Shown in pieces: positions 9,174 through 17,607 of a stretch of 64,000 nucleotides of DNA (positions within the stretch are counted from its first letter, which is position 1; each line of letters opens with the position of its first letter). The notes beneath the pieces were generated by a model. It was not told the origin of the DNA, searched no databases, and was given only the letters and a program-made list of their open reading frames with translations. The stretch lies in assembly GCA_015231405.1 (NCBI GenBank), contig JADGBR010000002.1, positions 4,642 through 68,641 on the forward strand. The letters are read 5' to 3'. The stretch comes from Candidatus Omnitrophota bacterium. Lineage in GTDB: Bacteria; Omnitrophota; Gorgyraeia; Tantalellales; Tantalellaceae. Position numbers and translations under genes: made by a program.

Positions 9174-10069
9174 CCGAACAGCTTTTTAGCCAGCGAATAA
9201 TCGCATAAAAGTTTCGGCACCTGCGCCAGCCGGTCCTTTGTGTGCACTATCTTGGACTTCGACCGGCAGAGCTCTTTTATTTTTTCGGCAATATAGTTGA
9301 TCGTAATGGCCTCTCCCGTACCGAAATTCACCGATCTCCCGACGGCATCTTTGTGTATCCCCATTAACAGGAAAGCGTCCACCATGTCGTCGACATAGGT
9401 AAAATCCCTCGACTGGTTCCCGTTCCCGTGTACGGTGATGGGCTTATTCCCGAGAGCTAGCTCGATGAATTTTGGTATGACGTCGTATGTGTGTCGCGGC
9501 CCGTAGGTGTTAAATGGCCTTATCACGGCAACGGGAAGCCCGTAGGTATTCCAGTAAGCATAGCAGTATTTATCCGCGGCGACCTTGCTGGCGGCGTAAG
9601 GAGAGGACGGAAAGAACAGGTGGTCCTCATTGATCGAGCCGCCTATCGTCATGCCGTATATTTCGCTCGAGGAAGTGCAGATGATACGTTTTATGCCGGA
9701 CCCTTCCTTCACCGCGTGAAGCATGTTAAGGGTCCCTATGACGTTCGTTTCCATGACCTCCATCGGATGGTCAAAAGAGTTAGGCACATAAGCGTCGGCG
9801 GCCAGGTGGAAAATTATATCGGGTCTAGCCTTTATCGCCAGGTCTTTGGCGTCGGGCGAAGCGATATTGCCGGTAATTATCTCGTCCAAGTCCTTTTCCG
9901 CATGCGATAAATTCTTTAAAGTGTATTTGGTGGTGCCGGTAGTCGAATTCCCTCTTACAAATATCGATACTTTGGCTCCCTCGCCGAGAAGTTTTTCGGT
10001 AAGGTGAGACCCCATGAACCCGTCCGCCCCCGTAACCAGGACTCTTTTTCCTCTGTATTTACCGAACAT
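9104..10069 (-). CDS. NAD-dependent epimerase/dehydratase (extended SDR)
   Basis: VLVTGADGFMGSHL Rossmann motif and a YxxxK region. 321 aa. Confidence 0.8.
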   Translation of the reverse strand: MFGKYRGKRVLVTGADGFMGSHLTEKLLGEGAKVSIFVRGNSTTGTTKYTLKNLSHAEKDLDEIITGNIASPDAKDLAIKARPDIIFHLAADAYVPNSFDHPMEVMETNVIGTLNMLHAVKEGSGIKRIICTSSSEIYGMTIGGSINEDHLFFPSSPYAASKVAADKYCYAYWNTYGLPVAVIRPFNTYGPRHTYDVIPKFIELALGNKPITVHGNGNQSRDFTYVDDMVDAFLLMGIHKDAVGRSVNFGTGEAITINYIAEKIKELCRSKSKIVHTKDRLAQVPKLLCDYSLAKKLFGWEPKVFIDEGLRRNIEWVKERL

Positions 10070-10347
10070 TGTTCCCTCCGGAATATTCGTTGTGATCTTT
10101 TCGGAATAAATGAGATTTGACTGTATGTATAATAATAATGATTTATCAGTATATCATCCTAAATGGGGGGGAACAACTAGAAAAGACGCGTAAACTTGAG
10201 GTTAGGTTAAGATAAAAGGCATCATCCCCGCGAACAGATTTAAAAACGGGGATCAAATGAAAATATTTCACTTTTATGGGGTTCCCGCTTTCGCGGGAAT
10301 GACATTTTTAACTTTCGCTGATATACGGTTACAAGAGAACCCAGACC

Positions 10348-10737
10348 CTAAGCGATTTGAGCCTGCTCTCTCAAAGTCTCGAACTGGTCCTTGATCCTGT
10401 CATAGACGAATTCCGCGATCTGGGTCTTGTTCTCTTTTGACATCTCCAGGAACTTGCCGCCGACCAGAAATTGCTCATCGGTAGGCGATTTATGGATCCA
10501 CATTATTTTGAATATCGTCCTGACATTGTGAGCCACGAGCGGCAGATCGAATTCCAGGATCAATTTGTGGGACATGGCCGTAAAATGGTCCAGATAGAAA
10601 GACATCCCTCCCAAGCTTAAATTCTTGGCCAATACCTCCATGGGTGTTTCTTTCGCCAACAAAAAATCCTTACATTTCAATGCAAGATCAACGCTTATTC
10701 TCGGGTGTTTCCTATTATTGTGTACTAGTCCACTCAT
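10348..10737 (-). CDS. PilZ-domain (c-di-GMP-binding) protein
   Basis: RKHPR (RxxxR) and NLSLGGMSF (D/NxSxGG) motifs at the correct spacing. 129 aa. Confidence 0.7.
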   Translation of the reverse strand: MSGLVHNNRKHPRISVDLALKCKDFLLAKETPMEVLAKNLSLGGMSFYLDHFTAMSHKLILEFDLPLVAHNVRTIFKIMWIHKSPTDEQFLVGGKFLEMSKENKTQIAEFVYDRIKDQFETLREQAQIA

Positions 10738-10969
10738 AATACACCTCCTCTCCTACAATTGCTGTTTCAATTTTTTCCCTTTTTCCATTGTATTATCATA
10801 TCTATTATATCACTTCAGGTGATAGATTCAAGTGTTTTGTTCTAACTATTTCATAGATAACAAAGGCGGGGCATTACCGCAAAAGTGAAGATCAAATAAA
10901 ATATCGTTGTTTTTGTGAAGTCCAAGTTTTTCGGAATGACAATTTTAATTATAAACTTGAACATTCATT

Positions 10970-12697
10970 TCAGATCACTTTCCGACGGGAAATGAATTTT
11001 CTCGCGATCATTTTCAATGTTTTTTTAATGGAACCGCATTTAAGGTCTTCCGAGGGAGTTTCGGGCTCGTAATCCAACGCTAACTTCACCGATATTTTAA
11101 TTTTTTCGGATGCGGACAAACGCGATATTTCACCGTCAAATCCTGGGTCCGGCGGGGGATAATCACCGGACCCGTGGTCATTTGAGCCTTTCCTTTTCAT
11201 CACTCTGTATTTTCCTATTGTCCAGAACTCATGGATATCATTCATAGAGACTTGTTTAAGAGCCCGCCTATTGACGGCGTGGTCAAGTATGGCCGATAGT
11301 ATCGCGGGTACTTCCGGATATTTCGGGCTTGTATGCGCGTAAACTATGACCGGTATGGAATTGGATATCATGTAGTCTATAGCATTTTCATAATACATTA
11401 TGATCGCCTCTATGTTCCCGTACCTCTTATCGAGAAAGAGTTCCGGGGCCACCGGAAATACGGGGATCTGGAGAACACGCGACCAACCGTCCCTAAGACA
11501 TGGATACGACGGATATCCGGAATAATCGTATGCGAAATCGGACGAATATAAATAACCTTCATCCTCCAGCGCCTTCATAAGTGAGGGGACATAGCGCCCT
11601 GTAGGGGCAGCGAACCCGGTCGTCACGATACCGATATTCCTGAAAAACTCTCCGGCTTTTCTTATATTATGCCTGTTGGTGGCGTAATCCCCGTAGGCGG
11701 CGTGATAATATCCGTGCGAACCCACGTCTATCCCGAGACCACGGCATTTTATTATCTCGTCAGGAGCTTTCTCGAACGATCTTACGTTAAAAAATATCGT
11801 TATCGCGCGGCTGTACTTCGAGAAAACCGGATAATACGCGTTGAACGTCCCCTTCTCATACTCGTCAGCGTCTATCCTGAGACAAAAGCTGTCGGAGGGG
11901 AACGTCTGTTCATTTTTTGAACGCCCGAAAGACCTTTCGGAAGCGACCCTTTCCCTGACCCTCATCCCCCGGGGTCCGAAATCCTTGTAAACCGACCGGC
12001 GGGCTTTTTTAAAAAAACCTGTCCCGGCATCCTCCAGGCCCATCCTGTCGGAAGCTTTATAGGACAGGCTGAGTGACCCGTCCTGTGCTATACCGGCGCA
12101 TGCCCCGCCCTCTATCATCCTCGCGGTTTTATCCAGAAGCTCCGCCCCGAGCGAGAGGTTCTTCATCCTTAACGACCGAAGATCATCATGGGGACGCACC
12201 TTAAGGGTTTTCCGCATCAGGATATCGCCCGCGTCCAGATCTTCGCTTATAAAATGAACTGTTACGCCTATCTTATCGATATCGTTATTGCGAAGAGCCC
12301 AGAATTCAGAATCGGCGCCCCTGTAATACGGCAGTATGCCGGAATGGAGATTTATGGCCCCTCGGGAAGCCTTACCGAAAATGTCGGCCGAAAGTTTACG
12401 CGTCCCGACGACAATGATAAGTTCCGGGGATATTTCCCCGAGCGCTTTCCCGGATTCCGGGGAGTTTATGTCTAGGACCCTGACAACTTTCAGGGCGGGG
12501 TATCTTCGCGCGAGCGCCTCATAATTCATTGCAAGTATCGCTCCATTAAGGAGATAAAGGGCTCTCTTGACCCTCGCCTTTAAGGTCACGGGCTTGACCT
12601 CGTAAACGATGGCCCTAATGTCATGACCCCGGGAAAGAAGCTTCCCCGAAACCATAAGGCCGTCAAGAATATCGCTGGTAAGTAACGCTATCCTCAT
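10970..12697 (-). CDS. Fusion protein: N-terminal formyltransferase domain (Fmt/ArnA-N-like) plus C-terminal NodB-type polysaccharide deacetylase/deformylase (ArnD-like)
   Basis: INLHSGILPYYRGADSEFWALRNND matches the formyl_transf core. The C-terminal half has NodB homology (RIDADEYE...GSHGYYH...). Confidence 0.6.
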   Translation of the reverse strand: MRIALLTSDILDGLMVSGKLLSRGHDIRAIVYEVKPVTLKARVKRALYLLNGAILAMNYEALARRYPALKVVRVLDINSPESGKALGEISPELIIVVGTRKLSADIFGKASRGAINLHSGILPYYRGADSEFWALRNNDIDKIGVTVHFISEDLDAGDILMRKTLKVRPHDDLRSLRMKNLSLGAELLDKTARMIEGGACAGIAQDGSLSLSYKASDRMGLEDAGTGFFKKARRSVYKDFGPRGMRVRERVASERSFGRSKNEQTFPSDSFCLRIDADEYEKGTFNAYYPVFSKYSRAITIFFNVRSFEKAPDEIIKCRGLGIDVGSHGYYHAAYGDYATNRHNIRKAGEFFRNIGIVTTGFAAPTGRYVPSLMKALEDEGYLYSSDFAYDYSGYPSYPCLRDGWSRVLQIPVFPVAPELFLDKRYGNIEAIIMYYENAIDYMISNSIPVIVYAHTSPKYPEVPAILSAILDHAVNRRALKQVSMNDIHEFWTIGKYRVMKRKGSNDHGSGDYPPPDPGFDGEISRLSASEKIKISVKLALDYEPETPSEDLKCGSIKKTLKMIARKFISRRKVI

Positions 12698-13605
12698 CCG
12701 ATAAAGTCCTTCAGGTCGTATTTACGTTCAAGGAACTCTGTTTTCATTAGAGCCCTCTTCTTAAGAGCAAGCGGCAGACGTTTCAACGCTCCGATGAACC
12801 CGATAAGCACCGTGTCCTGTCCCTTGAGAAGGAGAACTAATATCCTTGGCAAGGTGAGAAGAATATGCGCGAACAGTATGTCCTTCTCCCTCACGTTCTT
12901 CCAGATAAAGAGGAACATGTTCCTGTGGGCTATCGTCATCTTCCTCTTTTTCCCGTACTCCCTGTGAAAAGTGGTCGACTCGTCATGGAATACCACCGAC
13001 CGCGGCTCGTAAACCCCTTCCCACCCCAGACACATCGCCCTGAAACAAAGGTCGACCTCCTCCCATATGCCGGGAAGGTATAAGTCGTCGAACCCGCCCA
13101 TCGAAACAAAAGCGTCCCTCCGGAAGGCTCCGGTAGCGATCGAATGGGTCTTGCCTCCGGACATGAAATTATCATAATCCACCCTCATTTTTACCGCCCC
13201 CAGAGAGAATCCCAGGAAAGACTTTCCCCCATTGAAAGTGCCGTCGAAGTTCATGAGCCTGGGAGCGGCGAACATTATCTTTTCGTTCGAGAAATGCGCG
13301 ACGAGCGGGTCAATAAAATCCGGCTCCGCCTTCATATCGGTATTGAGTAGTATGACCACGTCGCTGTCGAGGCCCGCGACGAAAGCGTTGTAAGAAAATA
13401 GGACCAGGTTCCGTGGAGCGGGTATGAATCCCACTCCCGGGAAAGACCCTGCGACCAGCTCACGGCTCGAGTCGCTCGAACAATTATCGAGAACGTATAC
13501 CGCTGAATCGTGTACGGATCTTATGGCTGCCGCGCATACGGAGGGAAGGTACTTTTCCAAAAGGTCTCTGCCGTTATAGTTCAGTATGATTATGTCTATT
13601 TTCAC
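12694..13605 (-). CDS. Glycosyltransferase family 2
   Basis: MKIDIIILNYNGRDLL...YVLDNCSSDSS. Confidence 0.8.
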   Translation of the reverse strand: MKIDIIILNYNGRDLLEKYLPSVCAAAIRSVHDSAVYVLDNCSSDSSRELVAGSFPGVGFIPAPRNLVLFSYNAFVAGLDSDVVILLNTDMKAEPDFIDPLVAHFSNEKIMFAAPRLMNFDGTFNGGKSFLGFSLGAVKMRVDYDNFMSGGKTHSIATGAFRRDAFVSMGGFDDLYLPGIWEEVDLCFRAMCLGWEGVYEPRSVVFHDESTTFHREYGKKRKMTIAHRNMFLFIWKNVREKDILFAHILLTLPRILVLLLKGQDTVLIGFIGALKRLPLALKKRALMKTEFLERKYDLKDFIG

Positions 13606-13628
13606 GGAAAATACCTTTCACTTCTTCT

Positions 13629-15197
13629 TTATCGTTCCAACGTCTTTCCGGCGTTTCGGTCAGTCAAACAGAAAATCACGACGAAAAAAGCCGAAACCAG
13701 AAAAATAGCCGCGAGCGCTCCTGTAATGACGTAAACCAGATAAGAGTATTCAGGCGCGAAATGGAGTACTTTTATGGACCAGGCGTCAAACGCGTTATAA
13801 TCTTTCATACTGGCAATGATGGGCTTCGCGAACCAGTAATCGGGATCGTACATGAAAGGCACGTCTCTTCCGGATAACAGATAACTTACCCTGGCCATGA
13901 ACATCTTCCAGGCACCCGATATCGGAGAGAGGTCCGGCACAAAGTTTATTAGGTATTCTTCCTGGCCCAGGCGCTCTTTCACGAAAAAATAGAATTTGGA
14001 CTGATTGATCAGCATGCACGGCGCCATGGCGAGGAATCCGGCCATTGAAAAGAGCGTAATAAGTATCCTGGCGGCTAAACCTTTTGAGCGCGAAAGGTAT
14101 CCCCCGAGTACTAAAGCCATAAAAGGGACCGCGATAAGCAGGTATCTGGGTCCCCACGAGAAAAGCGATCCCCTTCTGAAATGGTTGGAATAAAAGAACA
14201 ATACCCCAAGGAAAAACATGAGGTAAAATATCATTTCCTTATCCTTCTTTCTGAATATATCCCTCACGGCGAAGATCGACAGCGCAAGCGGGATGTTATA
14301 ATAAAGGAACCCTTTGCCCGGGCTGACAAGGTAATAAAAGAGCCCTTTGACGAGATGCTGTCCCCTGAGAAGATGCCCCTTCATGTCCGTAACGCTGTAC
14401 GCCGTTCCCCCCGGAAAAAGATCGGAGTAGCCTTTGTAATAAGCGAACGCGAGAGTTGAGGAGACCGCCAATGACAAAAAGAAAGAGACCGCCGCGATAT
14501 ACTTACTTTTTCGGTCCAGCGGGCTGTCACATATCACCCAAAGGCCGTACAGAGTGAAGAAAGGTATATAAATAAAACTTTGCTGCCTCGCGAACATAGC
14601 GCACGCGCCGGCCAATGCCGCGAGGAACAGGAACCGCAACTTTTGTCCATCCTTATACATCAGGATACAGAGCGCCGACGTCAACAGGAACAGAATTAAC
14701 GTCGGCTCCGAAAAACCCGTGCGCGAGTAGACCGGAGCCATGGTACAGAGGCCATACACGAGCGATATCGCAACCGCGCCGGACCGTCCATGTCCCAGCC
14801 TGAGAGATATCAGGAAAATAAGCAACGCGTTGAAAGTCGATACGGTCGGGTTGAAGAAAGACACCGCCATCATCGTTATAAAATCGTGAGGGATATTCAC
14901 CAAAAAACGCGCCGCGAAATGTCCAAAGGCGTAAAAAGGGGTTATAAGGGCCGGAACTCCTATCCCCGCTCTTGAAGAATATCTTTTCCCGTCATTACCC
15001 ACAATGCCAGCATTCACCTTGTAACCAAGTGCGTTCTTTCCGTCCGGCTTCTCTATAAAAGCCGTTCCTTGCCCCAGCACGATACTTTCGGCGGTAAGGT
15101 AATCCTCGTAACCGTCGCCCCCGAAATGCCCTATCGAGAAAAATACGTAGAAAGATAAAAACAAAAAGAAGACCGCAAATCCTGTTTTATAGTTCAT
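13629..15197 (-). CDS. Polytopic membrane glycosyltransferase, GT-C fold (ArnT/PMT-like, GT39/GT83-like)
   Basis: 522 aa, more than 10 predicted TM helices, with an ArnT/PMT-like N-terminal loop region. Confidence 0.45.
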   Translation of the reverse strand: MNYKTGFAVFFLFLSFYVFFSIGHFGGDGYEDYLTAESIVLGQGTAFIEKPDGKNALGYKVNAGIVGNDGKRYSSRAGIGVPALITPFYAFGHFAARFLVNIPHDFITMMAVSFFNPTVSTFNALLIFLISLRLGHGRSGAVAISLVYGLCTMAPVYSRTGFSEPTLILFLLTSALCILMYKDGQKLRFLFLAALAGACAMFARQQSFIYIPFFTLYGLWVICDSPLDRKSKYIAAVSFFLSLAVSSTLAFAYYKGYSDLFPGGTAYSVTDMKGHLLRGQHLVKGLFYYLVSPGKGFLYYNIPLALSIFAVRDIFRKKDKEMIFYLMFFLGVLFFYSNHFRRGSLFSWGPRYLLIAVPFMALVLGGYLSRSKGLAARILITLFSMAGFLAMAPCMLINQSKFYFFVKERLGQEEYLINFVPDLSPISGAWKMFMARVSYLLSGRDVPFMYDPDYWFAKPIIASMKDYNAFDAWSIKVLHFAPEYSYLVYVITGALAAIFLVSAFFVVIFCLTDRNAGKTLER

Positions 15198-15200
15198 TTC

Positions 15201-16649
15201 TCATCCTTTTAGCACCGCCAGGGGCTTTAGCTTCGCTACCTTCCGGGCAAGCCCGATAGTCGAAAGATAGTCCGCCGCCAGACCGACGTTCTTGAAACAG
15301 CGAGGGTCCTGTCTTACTATTTTTTTGGAATTACCTTTGTAAAGGGTTATTCCCCTCCCCTTGAGAAGATCGACAAGCTCTTCCCTGGTTGACGACACCT
15401 CACCTATCTTATCTTTCCTGATACGGCCTGAACCGTGCCCGGCGGAATTGTAAGTACGGCTATTCCCTTCCATAGCCAGCGAGATATAGGTCGGGTCCCC
15501 CATGGATCCCGGAAGAAAGACAGGAGTTCCGGTATCTTCGAAAGGCGTCCCGGTGGCTTTCCCCGGGGGAAGAGCTCTTACACCACCTGTCCGATGCACC
15601 CACATATCCGACCCGGAATGACGCTCGAGATTGATCGACATATGCGAAAGATCATACAGAGTTCTCACCTCTTTGGTCTCCGGCCCGAATATTCCGCTCA
15701 CAGCCTTTTTAATTTTGTACGATATCAAAGCCCTGTTCGCGTAAGCGAAGTTGGCTCCGCCCATAAGAGCCGAAAGATAGAGCCCGGCGCTCGACGACCC
15801 TGCCTCAAGACCGAAAAGCGGGCATTCGCCGTCACGCGTCCGGAACATCATTTCTCGGAACAGCCCAAGCCTGGACCGGTTAAACGAGGACAACATCCGT
15901 TCGACGGCCACAAAACCCAGCATTAACGGCTCTCTGGCGCCGAGTGTCCTGGGTGAATACAAGTTCGTGAGCATGGCTCCGAAGCCTCCCGAGCCGGAAT
16001 GCGCCAAAATGTAACAACCGTTCTTCTTTATGCCCAATACTCCGGCGTTCTTTTCGTCGAATACTTCCTCCACCGTCTGCAATTCTATGAAATGGTTCCC
16101 GCCCCCCAGGATACCCAGCCTCCGCCTGGACAGCTCCATAACATGTTTCGGTACAGCGTCTTCTAGAAGCGAGTCTGCCCCCGGAACTCCGTTAAAAGCA
16201 TTGCCCCGGAGTTCGACATTATCGAGGTCGTCGGGACAATCCTTATACCTCGCCAGCACCCATCCCGCGCCCTCCCTCATTATGCCCTTTACATCCGAAA
16301 GAGCCAACTTCTCTTCAGTTAGCGAACCAAGACATATGGAATCCGCTAATTTAGAAAACAATTCGTTCATTCTCACGGGAGTGACGCGATCGTTCGTGAA
16401 AGGGAGCTCGAGCATCCTCATGCCGCAGTTCGGACCTGAGACCATAAGCTGCGGGAATATGTGCCCCGGGGAAACAGCCACGGCTCCGGTAGGAAAATCG
16501 TTGTCGAATTTGTCGTGGATATCTATTAGCCCGACAACGGGACTCGCGATCCTTTTGTCGGAAGCTATCAGGGCCAACTGCACTAGCGCCCTCTCAGAAG
16601 GCATAAGCTCATCGGGGGTATAAATGGCCACTTTATCCCGTTTATACAT
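15201..16649 (-). CDS. rtcB: RtcB-family RNA ligase-like protein
   Basis: GGGNHFIELQ, HSGSGGFG, WVHRTGGVRA and YNSAGHGSGR correspond to RtcB metal-ligand and His-GMP motifs. The start is placed at the internal Met that overlaps the upstream stop (ATGTATAA). Confidence 0.65.
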   Translation of the reverse strand: MYKRDKVAIYTPDELMPSERALVQLALIASDKRIASPVVGLIDIHDKFDNDFPTGAVAVSPGHIFPQLMVSGPNCGMRMLELPFTNDRVTPVRMNELFSKLADSICLGSLTEEKLALSDVKGIMREGAGWVLARYKDCPDDLDNVELRGNAFNGVPGADSLLEDAVPKHVMELSRRRLGILGGGNHFIELQTVEEVFDEKNAGVLGIKKNGCYILAHSGSGGFGAMLTNLYSPRTLGAREPLMLGFVAVERMLSSFNRSRLGLFREMMFRTRDGECPLFGLEAGSSSAGLYLSALMGGANFAYANRALISYKIKKAVSGIFGPETKEVRTLYDLSHMSINLERHSGSDMWVHRTGGVRALPPGKATGTPFEDTGTPVFLPGSMGDPTYISLAMEGNSRTYNSAGHGSGRIRKDKIGEVSSTREELVDLLKGRGITLYKGNSKKIVRQDPRCFKNVGLAADYLSTIGLARKVAKLKPLAVLKG

Positions 16650-17607
16650 CTTCACTCTCCGCGCAAACCTCAACGACCTCTTTTTCGGCGAACAGATTGT
16701 GCGAATACCTGAGCCGCACGAAAAAGAACATCCCGGATACGAGTGCCGTAGAGACCACCACAGCCCTGTCGATCGCGGCGACCATAAAGCCTTCCGCAAC
16801 AGAGAACCCTATTAAAAGAGAACTGACAGAGACGACCGTTTCCCTTATGCCCATATTGGAAGGTATCAGATTCACCATGTTCGACAGCTCCGTTATAGGT
16901 ATTATCGCCGCGACATTAAGGAATGAAACCTCGTACGAAAGAGCCGTGAAAACGACATAGTACCGCAAAATGAAAGCAAGATTTATTCCCATCTGGATCG
17001 CCGCCAGGCTATATATGAGCCTTCTGTCCACTTTAACGCTTTTGATGTCTTTTATGGCTTCCGATATCCTGGTGAATACGCCGTATCTATTGAGAAAGCC
17101 GGGTATAGGCACAAAAAAAACGGCCACGGAGACGGCCATGGCGCATACGTAAATGACCACAGGAACCAACAGGACCGGGGTTCCATGCTCGGCCATATAG
17201 ACCAGGCTCCCGGCGAGACCTACCAGACCGCATGTAAAAACGGCGGCGACGCTTCGTATGAGCCCGGTCGACAGGAATTTTGTATAACCGAAACCGTACT
17301 TTGACCTCAGATAAACGGCGTTCGTGACGATACCGGCGTTAGGCAGAAAAAGGTTATAGAACGCCATCATTACGCTCAGCCCGAAACACTCGTTCCTTTT
17401 AATTTTCACATCGTGCCTCCTAAGCAGCACGTGGAGCTTCATCCCGTCAAGATATCTCCCGGCCAGATATATAAACGCGATGAGCAAGAACTCGAGCTTA
17501 TGTTCCAAGAAACTCGCTTTTATGACTTCAAATTTCTTCCCGAGTATAAGAATTATGAATATCAACGTGGCGATAAGGACAATACTGTTAAACTTTTTTT
17601 TCAGCAT
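16642..17607 (-). CDS. Integral membrane protein, LPG-synthase-TM / flippase-like domain family
   Basis: 321 aa with about 8 TM helices. The N-terminus MLKKKFNSIVLIATLIFIILIL...RRH is typical of the UPF0104 family. Confidence 0.45.
   Translation of the reverse strand: MLKKKFNSIVLIATLIFIILILGKKFEVIKASFLEHKLEFLLIAFIYLAGRYLDGMKLHVLLRRHDVKIKRNECFGLSVMMAFYNLFLPNAGIVTNAVYLRSKYGFGYTKFLSTGLIRSVAAVFTCGLVGLAGSLVYMAEHGTPVLLVPVVIYVCAMAVSVAVFFVPIPGFLNRYGVFTRISEAIKDIKSVKVDRRLIYSLAAIQMGINLAFILRYYVVFTALSYEVSFLNVAAIIPITELSNMVNLIPSNMGIRETVVSVSSLLIGFSVAEGFMVAAIDRAVVVSTALVSGMFFFVRLRYSHNLFAEKEVVEVCAESEDV

Noticed and set aside
10282-10299. Perfect 7-bp stem hairpin TTCCCGCtttcGCGGGAA downstream of the PilZ gene as a rho-independent terminator
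   Set aside because: On the transcribed (minus) strand it is not followed by a U-tract (CCCCAUAAAAG). It is kept only as part of the PilZ-spacer finding, not called as a terminator.
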